DNA of 64,000 bases from an uncultured Acidobacteriota bacterium (GCA_963720545.1 OY970399.1:2880001-2944000), one strand, 5' to 3'. Shown: positions 28,803 to 40,733, counted from the stretch's first letter. Numbers and translations: made by a program. Notes: a model not told the origin generated them from the sequence alone.

Positions 28803-30281
28803 GTGACCGGCGTCTGCGTCAGCCTGATCGCGTCACAGACCCCGGACCTGCTGCGCGACCTCTCGGCCGCTGAGGAGCTCGCTGACGTCATCGAGATCCG
28901 CGGCGACCGCGGACCGCTTCTCGACCTGAGGCAGATCCGGGCGGCGTCCTCCAAGGCGCTGCTCTACACCTGCCGCTCGGCTTCGCAGGGCGGCGCACTG
29001 GGCGACGACGACTCGCTGCGGGTTTCGCTCCTCGAAAAGGCGATCGTCGCGGGCTTCGACTACATCGACGTCGAGCTCGACAGCCTGCCGGCGATGGCGG
29101 GCCTGGTCGCCGGGCGCGAGGGCGCGGCGGTGGTTGTCTCCCATCACGACCTCGCCGGTACCCCGCAGGACCTCGACGCGCTCTATGCGCGCATGTGCGC
29201 CGCGGGCGCCGACATCGTCAAGATCGTGACCACGCCGCATTCGGTCGGCGACGTCGCGCGGCTGTTGGCGTTCGCGCGCCGCACACAGGGCACGGGGCCG
29301 CGGCCGCTCATTACGCTCGCCCTGGGCGCCATGGGGCAGGCAACCCGGGTGCTCGCTGCGCTGAGCGGAGCGCCGTTCACCTACGCGAGCCTGCGGCGCG
29401 GTGCCGAGGCTGCACCGGGACAGATCCCGGCGGCGGAGCTGCTCGATATCTACCGCATCCACTCGCTGTCGCCCGCCACCGCCGTCTACGGCCTGGTCGG
29501 GCGCGACGTCACCCACAGCCTGTCGCCGGCGATCCACAACGCGGCGTGCGCTGCCGCCGGCATCGACGCGGTGTACGTGCCGTTCTCGGCCGACGACTTC
29601 GCGGCGTTCATGACGCTCGCCGACGTCGCCGACCTTTCGGGCTTCAGCGTGACACGGCCGTTCAAGGCGGACGCGCTCGGCTTCGCGTCGGCCGCGGCGG
29701 CATCGCCCGCGGCGGCCGCGGGCAGCGTCAACACCATGACCCGGCGCGGCGGCGCCTGGCTCGCCTCGTCCACCGACGGCCGCGGCGTGTGCGCGCCGCT
29801 CGCGGCGCTGCGCGGCCTCGCCGACGCGCGGGTGCTGGTGCTGGGTGCCGGCGGCGCGGCGCGCGCCGCGGCCGTGGCGCTCGCCGCCGAGCGTGCCGCG
29901 GTCACAATCACGGCGCGCTCCGACCAGAAGGCGCGCGCCGTCGCCGAAGAACTGCACGTCTCGCTGTCCTCGTGGGTCGATCGCGCGGTGGCGCACTACG
30001 ACATCGTCATCAACGCGACGCCCGCCGGCTCGCACGAGGCGGTGGACGAGACGCCGGTGCCCGCCGAGCGCCTGATGGCGGACGCGATCATCTTCGACAT
30101 GGTGTATGCACCGGTGGAGACGCGGCTGCTGCGCGATGCCGCGGCGGCCGGATGCCGCACCGTGGACGGCATCGCGATGCTGGTGGCGCAGGCGGCGCCG
30201 CAATTCGAGGAGTGGCACGCGCGTGCGGCGCCGGTCGCGGCGATGGAGCGCGCGGCGCGGCGCGCGGCTGCGGCGGCATGA
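28803..30281 (+). CDS. aroE: Bifunctional type I 3-dehydroquinate dehydratase / shikimate dehydrogenase (AroD-AroE fusion)
   Basis: YIDVEL, SHHD, DIVKIV, APGQ (AroD); SLSPAIHN, SVTRPFK, SVNT, GAGGAARA, DMVY (AroE). Confidence 0.92.
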   Translation: MTGVCVSLIASQTPDLLRDLSAAEELADVIEIRGDRGPLLDLRQIRAASSKALLYTCRSASQGGALGDDDSLRVSLLEKAIVAGFDYIDVELDSLPAMAGLVAGREGAAVVVSHHDLAGTPQDLDALYARMCAAGADIVKIVTTPHSVGDVARLLAFARRTQGTGPRPLITLALGAMGQATRVLAALSGAPFTYASLRRGAEAAPGQIPAAELLDIYRIHSLSPATAVYGLVGRDVTHSLSPAIHNAACAAAGIDAVYVPFSADDFAAFMTLADVADLSGFSVTRPFKADALGFASAAAASPAAAAGSVNTMTRRGGAWLASSTDGRGVCAPLAALRGLADARVLVLGAGGAARAAAVALAAERAAVTITARSDQKARAVAEELHVSLSSWVDRAVAHYDIVINATPAGSHEAVDETPVPAERLMADAIIFDMVYAPVETRLLRDAAAAGCRTVDGIAMLVAQAAPQFEEWHARAAPVAAMERAARRAAAAA

Positions 30282-31303
30282 GCGCGGCTTCGGACCGGTA
30301 CTCGCGCCAGGAACTGTTCGCCGGCATCGGCGCTCGCGGACAGGCGCGCATCCGCGGCGCGCGCGTGCTGGTGGCGGGCGCCGGTGCCCTCGGCTCGATG
30401 CTCGCCGAGACCCTGGCGCGCGCCGGGGTCGCGGCGCTCACCGTCGTCGACCGCGATTACGTCGAGGCCTCGAACCTGCAGCGCCAGTCGCTCTACACCG
30501 AAGCCGATGCCGCCTCCGGCCTACCGAAGGCCGTGGCCGCGGAGGCGCGCCTGCGCACCGTCAACTCCGAAGTCACGGTGCGCGGCGTGGTCGCCGACAT
30601 CAACCCGCGGAACGCGGCGGGGCTCTTCGCCGCGCACGACCTCGTGGTCGACGGCACCGACAACTTCGAGACCCGCTTCCTCATCAACGATGTGTGCGTC
30701 CGCACCGGCGTGCCGTGGGTCTACGGCGCCTGCGTCGGCTCCTACGGCATCGTGCTCGCGGTCCGCCCGGGCGAGACGCCGTGCCTGCGCTGCCTGCTCG
30801 AGGAGCTGCCGGCGCCGGGATCGGCGGAAACCTGCGACACGGCCGGCGTGATCGCGCCGATCGTGCAGGTGGTGGCCGGGGTGCAGGGCGCTGAGGCGCT
30901 GAAGCTGCTCGCGGGCGCTGCCGACCGCCTGCTGCCGGGCTACCTGCTCGCCGACGTCTGGAGCGGCGACTTCACCGTGGTTTCTCTCGCAGGCCGCGCG
31001 CCATCGTGTCCCGCGTGTACCGCCGCGCGCTTCGAGTACGAGGATGCGCCAGCCGCCGGTGCCGTCACGCTCTGCGGCCGCGGCGCGATGCACGTGCGCC
31101 CGGCGGGCACCGCGCCCGTCGACCTGGCGGCGCTTGCGCCGCGGCTGCAGGGCGTTGGCCCGGTGATCGTCAACGAGCATCTCGCCCGCGCTTCCGGCCC
31201 CGAAATGGAGATCGCCGTGTTTCGCGACGGGCGCGCCATCATCAAGGGAGCTCGCGACCTGGCCCATGCGCGCAGCCTGTACGCGCGCTACGTCGGAGCG
31301 TGA
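30278..31303 (+). CDS. ThiF/MoeB family adenylyltransferase
   Basis: RYSRQ, GAGALG, DRDYVEASNLQRQ, DGTDNF, CLRC...CPAC. Confidence 0.92.
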   Translation: MSAASDRYSRQELFAGIGARGQARIRGARVLVAGAGALGSMLAETLARAGVAALTVVDRDYVEASNLQRQSLYTEADAASGLPKAVAAEARLRTVNSEVTVRGVVADINPRNAAGLFAAHDLVVDGTDNFETRFLINDVCVRTGVPWVYGACVGSYGIVLAVRPGETPCLRCLLEELPAPGSAETCDTAGVIAPIVQVVAGVQGAEALKLLAGAADRLLPGYLLADVWSGDFTVVSLAGRAPSCPACTAARFEYEDAPAAGAVTLCGRGAMHVRPAGTAPVDLAALAPRLQGVGPVIVNEHLARASGPEMEIAVFRDGRAIIKGARDLAHARSLYARYVGA

Positions 31304-32424
31304 TGACCATGACGAAGACGCGCGGCAAGGTCGAGATTCCGGCGGGCGTGCAGTGTTTCGTCGGCGCCGAGGCGCGCCGCCGGCGCGCGATCGAGGAGCA
31401 GGCGGTGCGCGTCTTCGAGGGCTGGGACTACGAAGAGATCATCCCGCCGCTCTTCGACTATGCCGACGTGTTCGCGGAAAGCTCGCTGCGCGACAAGACC
31501 TACTCGTTCGTGGCGCGCGACGGCAGCGTGCTGGCGCTGCGGCCCGACTTCACCGGCCTGATCGCGAAGCTCGCCGCGGGCCGGCTTGCCGACCGCGAGC
31601 CGCCACTGCGCCTCTACTACTCGGGCGAGGTGCTGCGCTGGGAGCCGCCGAAGGCCGGGCGCCAGAGCGAGCTCTACCAGATGGGGCTCGAACACCTGGG
31701 CGGCGCGCGCGCCGCGGGCGATGTCGAAGTGCTGGCGATCGCGTGCGAGACGCTCGAGTCGCTGGGCGCGCGCGAGTTCGTGCTCGCCATCGGCCACGTC
31801 GGAGTGTTCGAGGCGCTGGCGGCCGAGCTGCGCCTCGAGCCGGTGGAGACGGCGCTGGTACGCGAGAGGATCGCATCGAAGGACGGCGCCGGCGTGCGTG
31901 AAGCGCTGCAGCGCGCTGGCCGCTCCGGTCCCGCCGCCGAATCGTTGTGCGCGCTCGTCTCGTGGACCGGCGAGCCCGCGGTGCTCACCGCGGCTGCGCA
32001 AGAGCTGGCGGCCCTGCCCGCCGCGGCGGCGGCGCTGGCGGAGCTGCGCACCACGCTCGACGCGCTCACGGCCGCGGGACTGGGCGAGCGCATCAGCGTG
32101 GACCTGGGGGAGGCGGCCGGCCTCGACTACTACACCGGGCTGGTGTTTCGCATCTATGCGCCGCGGCTCGGCTTCGACGTCGGCGCCGGTGGCCGCTACG
32201 ACCGGCTGCTGTCGCGCTTCGGCCGCGACCTGCCGGCGGTCGGCTTCATGCTCGGCCTCGACCGCGTCGCGCTGCTGCTCGAGAAGCAGGGCGCGGCGCA
32301 GGCACCGCAGCTGCCGCCAGCGGCCCGCGTCGGCGGCGACGACATCGCGGCGGGCTTGCGCGAGGCCCGCGCCCGCCGCGCGCGCGGTGAACGGGTCCGC
32401 TTCGGCGGCGGCGGGCGCGCGTGA
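31303..32424 (+). CDS. hisZ: ATP phosphoribosyltransferase regulatory subunit
   Basis: HisRS-like LRPDFT, ELYQMGLE, YYTGLVF, GGRYD; immediately upstream of short HisG. Confidence 0.92.
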   Translation: MTMTKTRGKVEIPAGVQCFVGAEARRRRAIEEQAVRVFEGWDYEEIIPPLFDYADVFAESSLRDKTYSFVARDGSVLALRPDFTGLIAKLAAGRLADREPPLRLYYSGEVLRWEPPKAGRQSELYQMGLEHLGGARAAGDVEVLAIACETLESLGAREFVLAIGHVGVFEALAAELRLEPVETALVRERIASKDGAGVREALQRAGRSGPAAESLCALVSWTGEPAVLTAAAQELAALPAAAAALAELRTTLDALTAAGLGERISVDLGEAAGLDYYTGLVFRIYAPRLGFDVGAGGRYDRLLSRFGRDLPAVGFMLGLDRVALLLEKQGAAQAPQLPPAARVGGDDIAAGLREARARRARGERVRFGGGGRA

Positions 32425-33041
32425 CGCTCACGGTCGCGCTCGCGAAGGGCCGCCTGTTCGGCGAAGCCGAAGCGCTCTTCCGTCGCGCAGGCCTCGCGTT
32501 CCCCGCAGCGGAGACGCGCAAGCTGGTGGTCGACGCGGGCGGCCTGCGCTACCTGCTGGTCAAGGACAAGGACGTGCCGGTCTACGTCGAGTACGGCGTC
32601 GCCGATTGCGGCATCGCCGGCCGCGACAACCTGCTCGAGACCGGGAGCGACGTGTACGAGCCGCTCGACCTGGGCGTCGGCCGCTGCCGCATCGTGCTCG
32701 CGGCGCGCGCCGGCGCGTCGTTCTCGCCGCGCTCGGCCTCCACGGTGCGGGTCGCGACCAAGTATCCCGGCATCGCCGCAGCTTATTTCCGCGAGCAGGG
32801 TGTCTCCGCCGAAGTGGTGGCGCTCTCGGGTTCGGTCGAGCTCGCCCCGGCCGTTGGCCTCGCCGACTGCATCGTGGACATCGTGCAGACCGGCCGCACG
32901 CTCGCGGACAACGGCCTCGAAGTGGTGGCGGAGATCGGCGTGTCGAGCGCGCGCTTCATCGTCAACCGCGCGAGCTTTCATGCGCGCCGCGAGGAGATCG
33001 GGGCGCTCGTGGCGAAGCTGAGGCAGGCATTGTGCGGCTGA
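32421..33041 (+). CDS. hisG: ATP phosphoribosyltransferase (short form)
   Basis: ALAKGR, VATKYP, GSVELAP, DIVQTGRTL; 206 aa. Confidence 0.96.
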   Translation: MTLTVALAKGRLFGEAEALFRRAGLAFPAAETRKLVVDAGGLRYLLVKDKDVPVYVEYGVADCGIAGRDNLLETGSDVYEPLDLGVGRCRIVLAARAGASFSPRSASTVRVATKYPGIAAAYFREQGVSAEVVALSGSVELAPAVGLADCIVDIVQTGRTLADNGLEVVAEIGVSSARFIVNRASFHARREEIGALVAKLRQALCG

Positions 33042-34318
33042 TGCGCTACGGCTCGCCGCAGTGGCGCCGTTACCTGCGCGAAGCGGCGGTCGAGGGACGC
33101 GCGTCGCCGGCGGTGGCGCGCCAGGTGGCGGCGATCGTCGCGGCCGTGCGGCGCGACGGCGACAGCGCGCTGCGCCGCTACACCGCGCGCTTCGACGGCA
33201 TCGAGCTGCCTGCCGGCGGCATCCGCGTCCGGCCCGACGCCCTGCGCGCCGCGGCCGAACGTGCGCCGGCACCGCTGGTGCGCTCGCTGCGCGCCGCCGC
33301 GCGCCGCATCGAGGCGTTCCACCGCCGCCAGCAGGCGAATGGCTTCAGGATGCGTCTTGCCGACGGCAGCGTCATCGGCGAGGACGTACACGCGATCCCG
33401 TCGGCGGGCCTGTACGTGCCGGGCGGCGCCGGCGCGTATCCCTCGTCGGTGCTGATGAACGCGATACCGGCGCGCGTTGCCGGCGTGCCGCGGCTCGCGG
33501 TGACGACACCGCCGCGCGCCCTGCAGGAAAACCCGGCGCTTGCCGCCGCGCTCGTCATCGCCGGCGCCGAGGACAACGTGTTCGGCGTCGGCGGCGCGCA
33601 GGCGATCGCGGCACTCGCGTACGGCACACGCACCATCGAGCGCGTCGATCGCATCGTCGGACCGGGCAATGCGTACGTCACCGCGGCCAAGGCGCTGGTG
33701 CGCGGCACGGTCGAGATCGACCATGAGGCCGGGCCCAGCGAGGTGCTGATCCTCGCCGACGGTTCGGCGCGCGCCGAGTGGGTCGCGGCCGACCTGCTGG
33801 CGCAGGCCGAGCACGGCAGCGGCGACGAGCGCGTAGTCCTCGTGACCACCTCGCTGCGCCTCGCCCGGCAAGTGCGGGCGCTGGTTGTCTCGGGCACCGC
33901 GCGCGTCGCGAATCCTGTGCGCGCCAGCCGCGCGGTGCGGCTGCGCGCGGCGGCGGTCCTGGTCGCGAACCTCGCGGACGGCATCGCCGCCGCCAATGCC
34001 CTTGCCCTCGAGCATGCCGAAATCATGACTCGCCATGCCGCCGCGGTGGCGAAACGCATCGTCGCCGGTGCCGTGTTCGCGGGCGCGCACTCGCCGGTTG
34101 CGGTGGGCGACTATGGCATCGGCCCCAACCACGTGCTGCCCACCGGCGGCCGGGCGCGCGCAGCCTCGCCGCTGTCGGTGCGCGATTTCGAGCGGCGCCA
34201 GAGCTATGTGTCGCTGACGCCGCGCGGCCTGCTCGGTGTGGCACGCGACGTGGTGCGGATCGCGCAGGCCGAGGGCTTCGTCGGCCATGCGCGCAGCGTC
34301 CTCGTGAGGACCTCGTGA
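33041..34318 (+). CDS. hisD: Histidinol dehydrogenase
   Basis: GLYVPGG, GGAQAIAALAYG, GPGNAYV, AGPSE, QAEH, GPNHVLPT; start may be the GTG at 33032. Confidence 0.95.
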   Translation: MRYGSPQWRRYLREAAVEGRASPAVARQVAAIVAAVRRDGDSALRRYTARFDGIELPAGGIRVRPDALRAAAERAPAPLVRSLRAAARRIEAFHRRQQANGFRMRLADGSVIGEDVHAIPSAGLYVPGGAGAYPSSVLMNAIPARVAGVPRLAVTTPPRALQENPALAAALVIAGAEDNVFGVGGAQAIAALAYGTRTIERVDRIVGPGNAYVTAAKALVRGTVEIDHEAGPSEVLILADGSARAEWVAADLLAQAEHGSGDERVVLVTTSLRLARQVRALVVSGTARVANPVRASRAVRLRAAAVLVANLADGIAAANALALEHAEIMTRHAAAVAKRIVAGAVFAGAHSPVAVGDYGIGPNHVLPTGGRARAASPLSVRDFERRQSYVSLTPRGLLGVARDVVRIAQAEGFVGHARSVLVRTS

Positions 34319-35418
34319 GCGCGAACCCGCTCGACTTCATCAAGCCGGCGGTGCTGCGCGCCGCCGCCTACACGCTCGAACCGCACCGCGCCGCGGTGAA
34401 GATCAACCAGAACGAGAACCCGTTCGACCTGCCCGAGCCGCTGAAGCGCCGCGTCCTCGAGCGCGCGATGCAGCGCTCCTGGAACCGCTATCCCGACTTC
34501 GCTCCCGCCGGGCTGCTCGCGGCGCTGGCGCGGCACACCGGCTGGCGCGCCGACGGCATCCTCGCGGGCAACGGGTCGAACGAGCTCATCGAGGCGGCGC
34601 TGCGCGTCACCGTCGGCGAAGGCGTGCGGGTGGTGATTCCCGAACCCACCTTCAGCCTGTACGCGCTGCTCACCGGCCTTCTCGGCGGCGAGGCGGTGCG
34701 CGCCGGCCTCGGTCCCGACTATGCCTATGACGTGGAAGCGCTGATCGCGGTGCAGCAGGCGAGCGAGGCGGCGGTCACCATCGTCTGCTCGCCCAACAAC
34801 CCGACGGGTTCGGCGCTCTCCGCCGCGGACATCGAGGCGCTGTGCAGCGCCGTCAACGGCCTGGTTATCGTGGACGAGGCGTACGGCGAATTCGCCGGCT
34901 GGAGCGCGGTGCCGCTGCTCGACGCGCATCCCAACCTGATCGTGCTCAAGACCTTCTCCAAGGCGATGGCGATGGGCGGGCTGCGCGTCGGCTATTTGCT
35001 GGCGTCGCCGGCGTTGGCGGCGCAGGTGGACAAGGCGCGCCTGCCCTACAACCTCAACATCTTCTCGCAGGAGGCAGCGCTCGCGGTGCTCGAGGACGAC
35101 GCGCGCAAAAGCCTCGCTCACACGGTGCGGCGCCTCGTCGAGGAGCGCGAACGAGTGTTCGCGGCACTCCGGGCGACCTCCGGTGTCGAGCCCTATCCAT
35201 CGCAGGCGAACTTCATCTTGTTCTCGCTGGCGGCTTCCGAGCCGCAGGCGGTGTTTGCGGCGCTTCTTGAAAGGGGAGTCCTGGTGCGCGACGTGTCGGG
35301 CGGCAAAAGGCTTGCGGGATGCCTGCGGGTGAGCATCGGCAGCGAGCAGGAAAACAACCGCTTTCTCGCGGCGCTGCGCGAACTGCTGGCGCAGTCCGCG
35401 GCGGGAGCGCGCTCGTGA
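34315..35418 (+). CDS. hisC: Histidinol-phosphate aminotransferase
   Basis: NENP, GNGSNELI, SPNNPTG, DEAYGEF, TFSKA..GLRVGY. Confidence 0.95.
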   Translation: MSANPLDFIKPAVLRAAAYTLEPHRAAVKINQNENPFDLPEPLKRRVLERAMQRSWNRYPDFAPAGLLAALARHTGWRADGILAGNGSNELIEAALRVTVGEGVRVVIPEPTFSLYALLTGLLGGEAVRAGLGPDYAYDVEALIAVQQASEAAVTIVCSPNNPTGSALSAADIEALCSAVNGLVIVDEAYGEFAGWSAVPLLDAHPNLIVLKTFSKAMAMGGLRVGYLLASPALAAQVDKARLPYNLNIFSQEAALAVLEDDARKSLAHTVRRLVEERERVFAALRATSGVEPYPSQANFILFSLAASEPQAVFAALLERGVLVRDVSGGKRLAGCLRVSIGSEQENNRFLAALRELLAQSAAGARS

Positions 35419-36002
35419 AACGCACGGCGAAGGTGGTACGCAAGACGAAGGAAACGGACATTGCGTTGTCGCTTGGCCTCGACGGCATCGGCAAGGCGAA
35501 GGCCGGCACCGGCGTCGGCTTCCTCGACCACATGCTGGAGGCGCTCGCCAAGCACGCGCGGTTCGACCTCGCGGTGCGCTGCAAGGGCGACCTGCACGTG
35601 GACGCGCACCACACGGTCGAGGACGTTGGCATCGCCTTTGGCCAGGCGTTGCGCGCGGCGCTCGGCGACAAGCGCGGCATCGTGCGCTTTGGCCATGCGT
35701 ACGTGCCGCTCGACGAAGCGCTGTCGCGCTGCGTCATCGACATCTCGGGACGTCCCTACCTGCACTTCGGCGTCACCTTCAAGGCGCGCCAGGTGGGCGC
35801 CATGCCCACCGAGCTGTTCGAGGATTTCTTCTGGGCGGTCGCCGACCATGCCCGCATCAGCATCCACCTCGAGAACATCCGTGGCCGCAACGCGCACCAC
35901 ATCGCCGAGACGCTCTTCAAGTCGACGGCACGCGCGCTGGCGATGGCGGTGGCGAAGGACCCGCGCATCAAGGGAGTGCCGAGCACCAAGGGCAGCCTTT
36001 GA
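35415..36002 (+). CDS. hisB: Imidazoleglycerol-phosphate dehydratase
   Basis: RKTKETDI, DAHHTVED, NAHHIAE, PSTKG. Confidence 0.97.
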   Translation: MKRTAKVVRKTKETDIALSLGLDGIGKAKAGTGVGFLDHMLEALAKHARFDLAVRCKGDLHVDAHHTVEDVGIAFGQALRAALGDKRGIVRFGHAYVPLDEALSRCVIDISGRPYLHFGVTFKARQVGAMPTELFEDFFWAVADHARISIHLENIRGRNAHHIAETLFKSTARALAMAVAKDPRIKGVPSTKGSL

Positions 36003-36610
36003 TCGCGGTCGTGGACTACGGCGTCGGCAATCTGGGCAGTGCGCTGAAGGCGTTCCGCCATGTCGGCGCGGACGCCGTGCTTTCCGGCGACCCAGGCGTG
36101 CTGCAGTCCGCGGACGCCCTGGTGCTGCCCGGCGACGGCGCCTTCGGCGCCACCATGGACGAGATCGAGGCGCGCGGCCTGACACCGTTGCTGCGCGCCG
36201 CGGCGGAGCAGAAAAAGCCGCTGCTCGGCATCTGCGTCGGCATGCAGGTCCTGTTCGAGGACAGCGACGAGCAGGGCGCGCACCGCGGCCTCTCTCTGCT
36301 GCGCGGCTCCGTGCGGCGGTTGCGCGGCGCGCGCGTGGTGCCGCACATGGGCTGGAACACCCTCGCTTTCGCCGCGCGCCGCGCGCACCCGATCCTCGAC
36401 GGCGTGGCGGACGGCGCCTACGCATTCTTCGTTCACTCGTACGCGTGCGCCGCGGATGCCGAGAGCGTGGTCGCGACCACGAGCTACGGCGAAGATTTCG
36501 CGGCGATCGTCGCCGCGGGCAGCATCGTGGCCATGCAGTTCCATCCCGAGAAGAGCCAGGCGGTGGGGCTGCGCCTCATCGAGAACTTCGTGCGCTGGAG
36601 CCGCGCATGA
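35999..36610 (+). CDS. hisH: Imidazole glycerol phosphate synthase glutaminase subunit
   Basis: DYGVGNLGS, GICVGMQ, PHMGWN, QFHPEKS. Confidence 0.97.
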   Translation: MIAVVDYGVGNLGSALKAFRHVGADAVLSGDPGVLQSADALVLPGDGAFGATMDEIEARGLTPLLRAAAEQKKPLLGICVGMQVLFEDSDEQGAHRGLSLLRGSVRRLRGARVVPHMGWNTLAFAARRAHPILDGVADGAYAFFVHSYACAADAESVVATTSYGEDFAAIVAAGSIVAMQFHPEKSQAVGLRLIENFVRWSRA

Positions 36611-37341
36611 GCCGCCTCACGGTGGTTCCCGCCATCGACCTGCGCCATGGCCGCGTGGTGCGCCTGTGGCAGGGCGACGTCGGCGCGCTCACCGTCTACG
36701 GAGACGATCCCGTGGCGGTGGCGCAGCGCTTCCAGGCCGAAGGCGCCGAGCGCCTGCACGTCGTCGACCTCGACGCGGCCGTGGACGGCAACCCGCAGTT
36801 CGCGGCGGTCGCGGCGATCATCGCGGCGCTTGCGATCCCGGTGGGCGTCGGCGGCGGCATCCGCACGCTGGAGGCGGCGGCGCGCTACCGCGACGCGGGC
36901 GCCGAGCGCCTGGTGTTCGGCACCGCGGCGGTCATCGCTCCGGCGGTGGTGCAGCAGGCGGCGCGCGACTGGCCGGGCGCCGTTGCGGTCGCGATCGACG
37001 CGAAGGCCGGCCAGGTGATGATCACCGGCTGGACCGAGACCACACCGCTGCGCGCCACAGACCTGGCGAAGCGCATCACCGGCTGGGGCGTGGGCCGCAT
37101 CCAGTACACGGACGTAGCGCGCGACGGCACCTTCCGCGGTCCCGACATCGAGGGCGTGGCAGCGCTCGCGGCGGTGTGCGCGGCGCGCTTCACTCTCAGC
37201 GGCGGCGTCGCCGAAGCGGCGGAGGTGGCGGACGCGGCGCTCCGGTTGAGCGCGCAGGTCGATGAGATCATCATCGGCAAGGCGCTCTACGACGGGCGTT
37301 TCACGTTCGCGCAGGCGCGAGCGGCAGCGGAGGTGGCTTAG
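36607..37341 (+). CDS. hisA: ProFAR isomerase
   Basis: PAIDLRHGRVVRL, LHVVDLDAA, GGGIR, YTDVARDG. Confidence 0.95.
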   Translation: MSRLTVVPAIDLRHGRVVRLWQGDVGALTVYGDDPVAVAQRFQAEGAERLHVVDLDAAVDGNPQFAAVAAIIAALAIPVGVGGGIRTLEAAARYRDAGAERLVFGTAAVIAPAVVQQAARDWPGAVAVAIDAKAGQVMITGWTETTPLRATDLAKRITGWGVGRIQYTDVARDGTFRGPDIEGVAALAAVCAARFTLSGGVAEAAEVADAALRLSAQVDEIIIGKALYDGRFTFAQARAAAEVA

Positions 37342-38111
<770 letters not shown>

Positions 38112-38115
<4 letters not shown>

Positions 38116-38738
38116 GCGCGACGCTCGCCGTGCCCGAGCGGATCGCCTTCGACGAGCGCGGACTGGTGCCGGTCATCGTGCAGGACGACCGCAGCGGCGA
38201 CGTGCTGATGCTGGCGTACGCCAATGGCGACGCGCTGCAGGCCACGGTGCGCAGCGGCGAAGCGCATTTCTGGAGCCGCTCACGCCGGCGCCTGTGGAAG
38301 AAGGGCGAGTCGTCGGGGCGGCTGCTGGTGGTGCGCGAGATCCGCGCCGACTGCGACGGCGATGCGATCCTTTACGTGGTCGATCCGATCTCGCCCACCT
38401 GCCACACCGGCGACCGCACCTGCTTCGGCGACGCCACGGCAACCTCCGCGGGCGTGCTGGCCGAGGTGGAGCGCGTGGTGAACGAGCGCATCCGCAAGCC
38501 GGTCGCGGGCTCGTACACCAACCGTCTCCTCGACGACCCTTCGGACCTCGACCTGAAGAAGCTCGGCGAGGAGGCGACCGAGGTGGTGCTGGCGGCCAAG
38601 GGCGAAAGCGACGAGCGGCTCGCCGAGGAGGCCGCCGACCTGCTGTACCACCTGGTGGTGGCGCTGCGCCGTCGCAAGCTCGACCTGCGCGCGCCGCTCG
38701 AAGTGCTGCGCCGCCGGCGCCGAACGCCGCGGCCGTGA
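38112..38738 (+). CDS. hisIE: Bifunctional phosphoribosyl-AMP cyclohydrolase / phosphoribosyl-ATP pyrophosphatase
   Basis: [40 protein letters not shown]. Confidence 0.96.
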
Positions 38739-40159
38739 GGTCGCTCGGCTTCGACGACTACGAGCGGCACTCCGCCGAGGGCCGCTCGGTGCCGGTTTAT
38801 CGCGAGGTGCCCGGCGACCGGCACACGCCGGTGTCGGCGTTCCTCTCGCTGTGCGCCCGAAGCCCGCAGGCGTTCCTGTTCGAGAGCGTCGTCGGCGGCG
38901 AGCGCATCGCCCGCTACTCCTTCCTCGGCCGCAATCCCGAGTCGGCGCTGCGCTTCGACGCGAGCGGCGCCGCGGCATTTCCTGCCGACCTGCGCCAGGC
39001 CCTGCGCCGCCAGGCCGTGGAGGTGCCGGGGCTGCCGCGCTTCACCGGCGGCGCCGTCGGCCACCTCAGCTACGACGCGGTGCGCCTCTTCGAGAACCTG
39101 CCCGACCGGCACGCGCCGTCCGCGGCGCCGCTCGCCGCTTTCGGCATCTATCGCAGCATCGTTGCCTTCGACCACGTGCTGCAGCGCATCGTCCTCATCA
39201 GCCATGCCGAGCCCGGCAGCCGCGCGGCCTACGACGCTGCAGTGGCGCAGCTCGACAGCCTCGAGGACGACCTGGAGCGCGCCGCGCCGCCGCGCGCGGC
39301 CTCGCCACGCCGCCGCGGCGCGCCACCGGCGCCGCCGCCGGGCTTCGCGGACGGCGCGTCCTATCGCGGCGCCGTGCTGCGCGCCAAGGAATACATCGCG
39401 GCGGGCGACGCCTTCCAGGTGGTGCTGTCGCGCCAGGCGCACATCGAAACCGCGGCCGACCCGTTCGCCGTGTACCGCGCGCTGCGCATGATCAACCCCT
39501 CGCCCTACATGTACTTCATCCGCGACGGCGCCGCGGCCATCGCCGGCGCCTCGCCCGAAATGCTGGTGCGCGTCGAGGGCCGCCACGTCGAGACCCGGCC
39601 CATCGCCGGCACCCGCCGCCGCGGTGCCACGGCAGCGGAAGACGAGGCGCTCGCGGCGGAACTGCTCGCCGACCCAAAGGAGCGCGCCGAGCACCTGATG
39701 CTCGTGGACCTCGGCCGCAACGACGTCGGCCGCGTCAGCCGCTTCGGCACCGTTGCGGTGCCGGAGTTCATGGCGGTGGAGCGCTACTCGCACGTCGCGC
39801 ACCTGGTGAGCCTGGTGAGCGGCGAGCTGCGGGACGGCTGCGACGCGCTCGACGCGCTGGTCGCGACCTTTCCGGCGGGCACGCTGTCCGGCGCGCCGAA
39901 GATCCGGGCGATGGAGATCATCGACGAACTCGAGGGCGCGCGCCGCGGCGTCTACGGCGGCGCCGTCGGCTACTTCGACCTGCGCGGCAACCTCGATTTC
40001 TGCATCGCCATCCGCACCGTGAGCTTCGACGGCAGCACCGCCACGGTGCAGGCCGGCGCCGGCATCGTGGCCGACTCCGACCCGGCCGCCGAGGAGCGCG
40101 AGACCGAAGCGAAGGCGGCGGCGATGCTCGAAGCGCTGGCGCTCGCCGAGGCCTTGTGA
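38735..40159 (+). CDS. trpE: Anthranilate synthase component I
   Basis: [46 protein letters not shown]. Confidence 0.95.
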   Translation: MRSLGFDDYERHSAEGRSVPVYREVPGDRHTPVSAFLSLCARSPQAFLFESVVGGERIARYSFLGRNPESALRFDASGAAAFPADLRQALRRQAVEVPGLPRFTGGAVGHLSYDAVRLFENLPDRHAPSAAPLAAFGIYRSIVAFDHVLQRIVLISHAEPGSRAAYDAAVAQLDSLEDDLERAAPPRAASPRRRGAPPAPPPGFADGASYRGAVLRAKEYIAAGDAFQVVLSRQAHIETAADPFAVYRALRMINPSPYMYFIRDGAAAIAGASPEMLVRVEGRHVETRPIAGTRRRGATAAEDEALAAELLADPKERAEHLMLVDLGRNDVGRVSRFGTVAVPEFMAVERYSHVAHLVSLVSGELRDGCDALDALVATFPAGTLSGAPKIRAMEIIDELEGARRGVYGGAVGYFDLRGNLDFCIAIRTVSFDGSTATVQAGAGIVADSDPAAEERETEAKAAAMLEALALAEAL

Positions 40160-40731
40160 TCCTGCTGCTCGACAACTACGACTCGTTCACCTGGAACCTC
40201 TACCAGTACCTCGGCGAGCTGGGCGCCGAGACCCGCGTGGTGCGCAACGACGCGCTCACCGCGGATGCGGCGCTCGCGCTGCGGCCCGCGCGCATCGTGA
40301 TCTCGCCGGGGCCCGGCACGCCGGCGCGCGCCGGCATCAGCATCGAGCTCGTGAGGCAGGCGGCCGCGGCGGGCGTGCCGGTGCTCGGCGTGTGCCTGGG
40401 GCACCAGGCGATCGGCGCGGCGTTCGGCGGCCGCATCGTGCGCGCGGCGCGCGCCATGCACGGCAAGACGTCGGCGATCCACCACGACGGGCGGACGCTC
40501 TTCGCCGGCCAGCCGAACCCGCTGACGGCGACGCGTTACCATTCCCTCATCGTGGAGAAGGAAACGCTGCCCGCGACCCTCGAGGTGAGCGCCTGGAGCG
40601 GGGAAGGCGGCGAGATCATGGGGCTGCGCCACCGCACCTTGCCGATCGAGGGCGTCCAGTTCCATCCCGAGAGCCTGATGACGCAGGGCGGCCTCGAGCT
40701 GCTGCGCGGGTTCCTCGCCGGCGGCCGCTGA
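40156..40731 (+). CDS. trpG: Anthranilate synthase component II
   Basis: DNYDSFT, SPGPG, GVCLGHQ, RYHSL, QFHPES. Confidence 0.95.
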   Translation: MILLLDNYDSFTWNLYQYLGELGAETRVVRNDALTADAALALRPARIVISPGPGTPARAGISIELVRQAAAAGVPVLGVCLGHQAIGAAFGGRIVRAARAMHGKTSAIHHDGRTLFAGQPNPLTATRYHSLIVEKETLPATLEVSAWSGEGGEIMGLRHRTLPIEGVQFHPESLMTQGGLELLRGFLAGGR

Positions 40732-40733
40732 CG

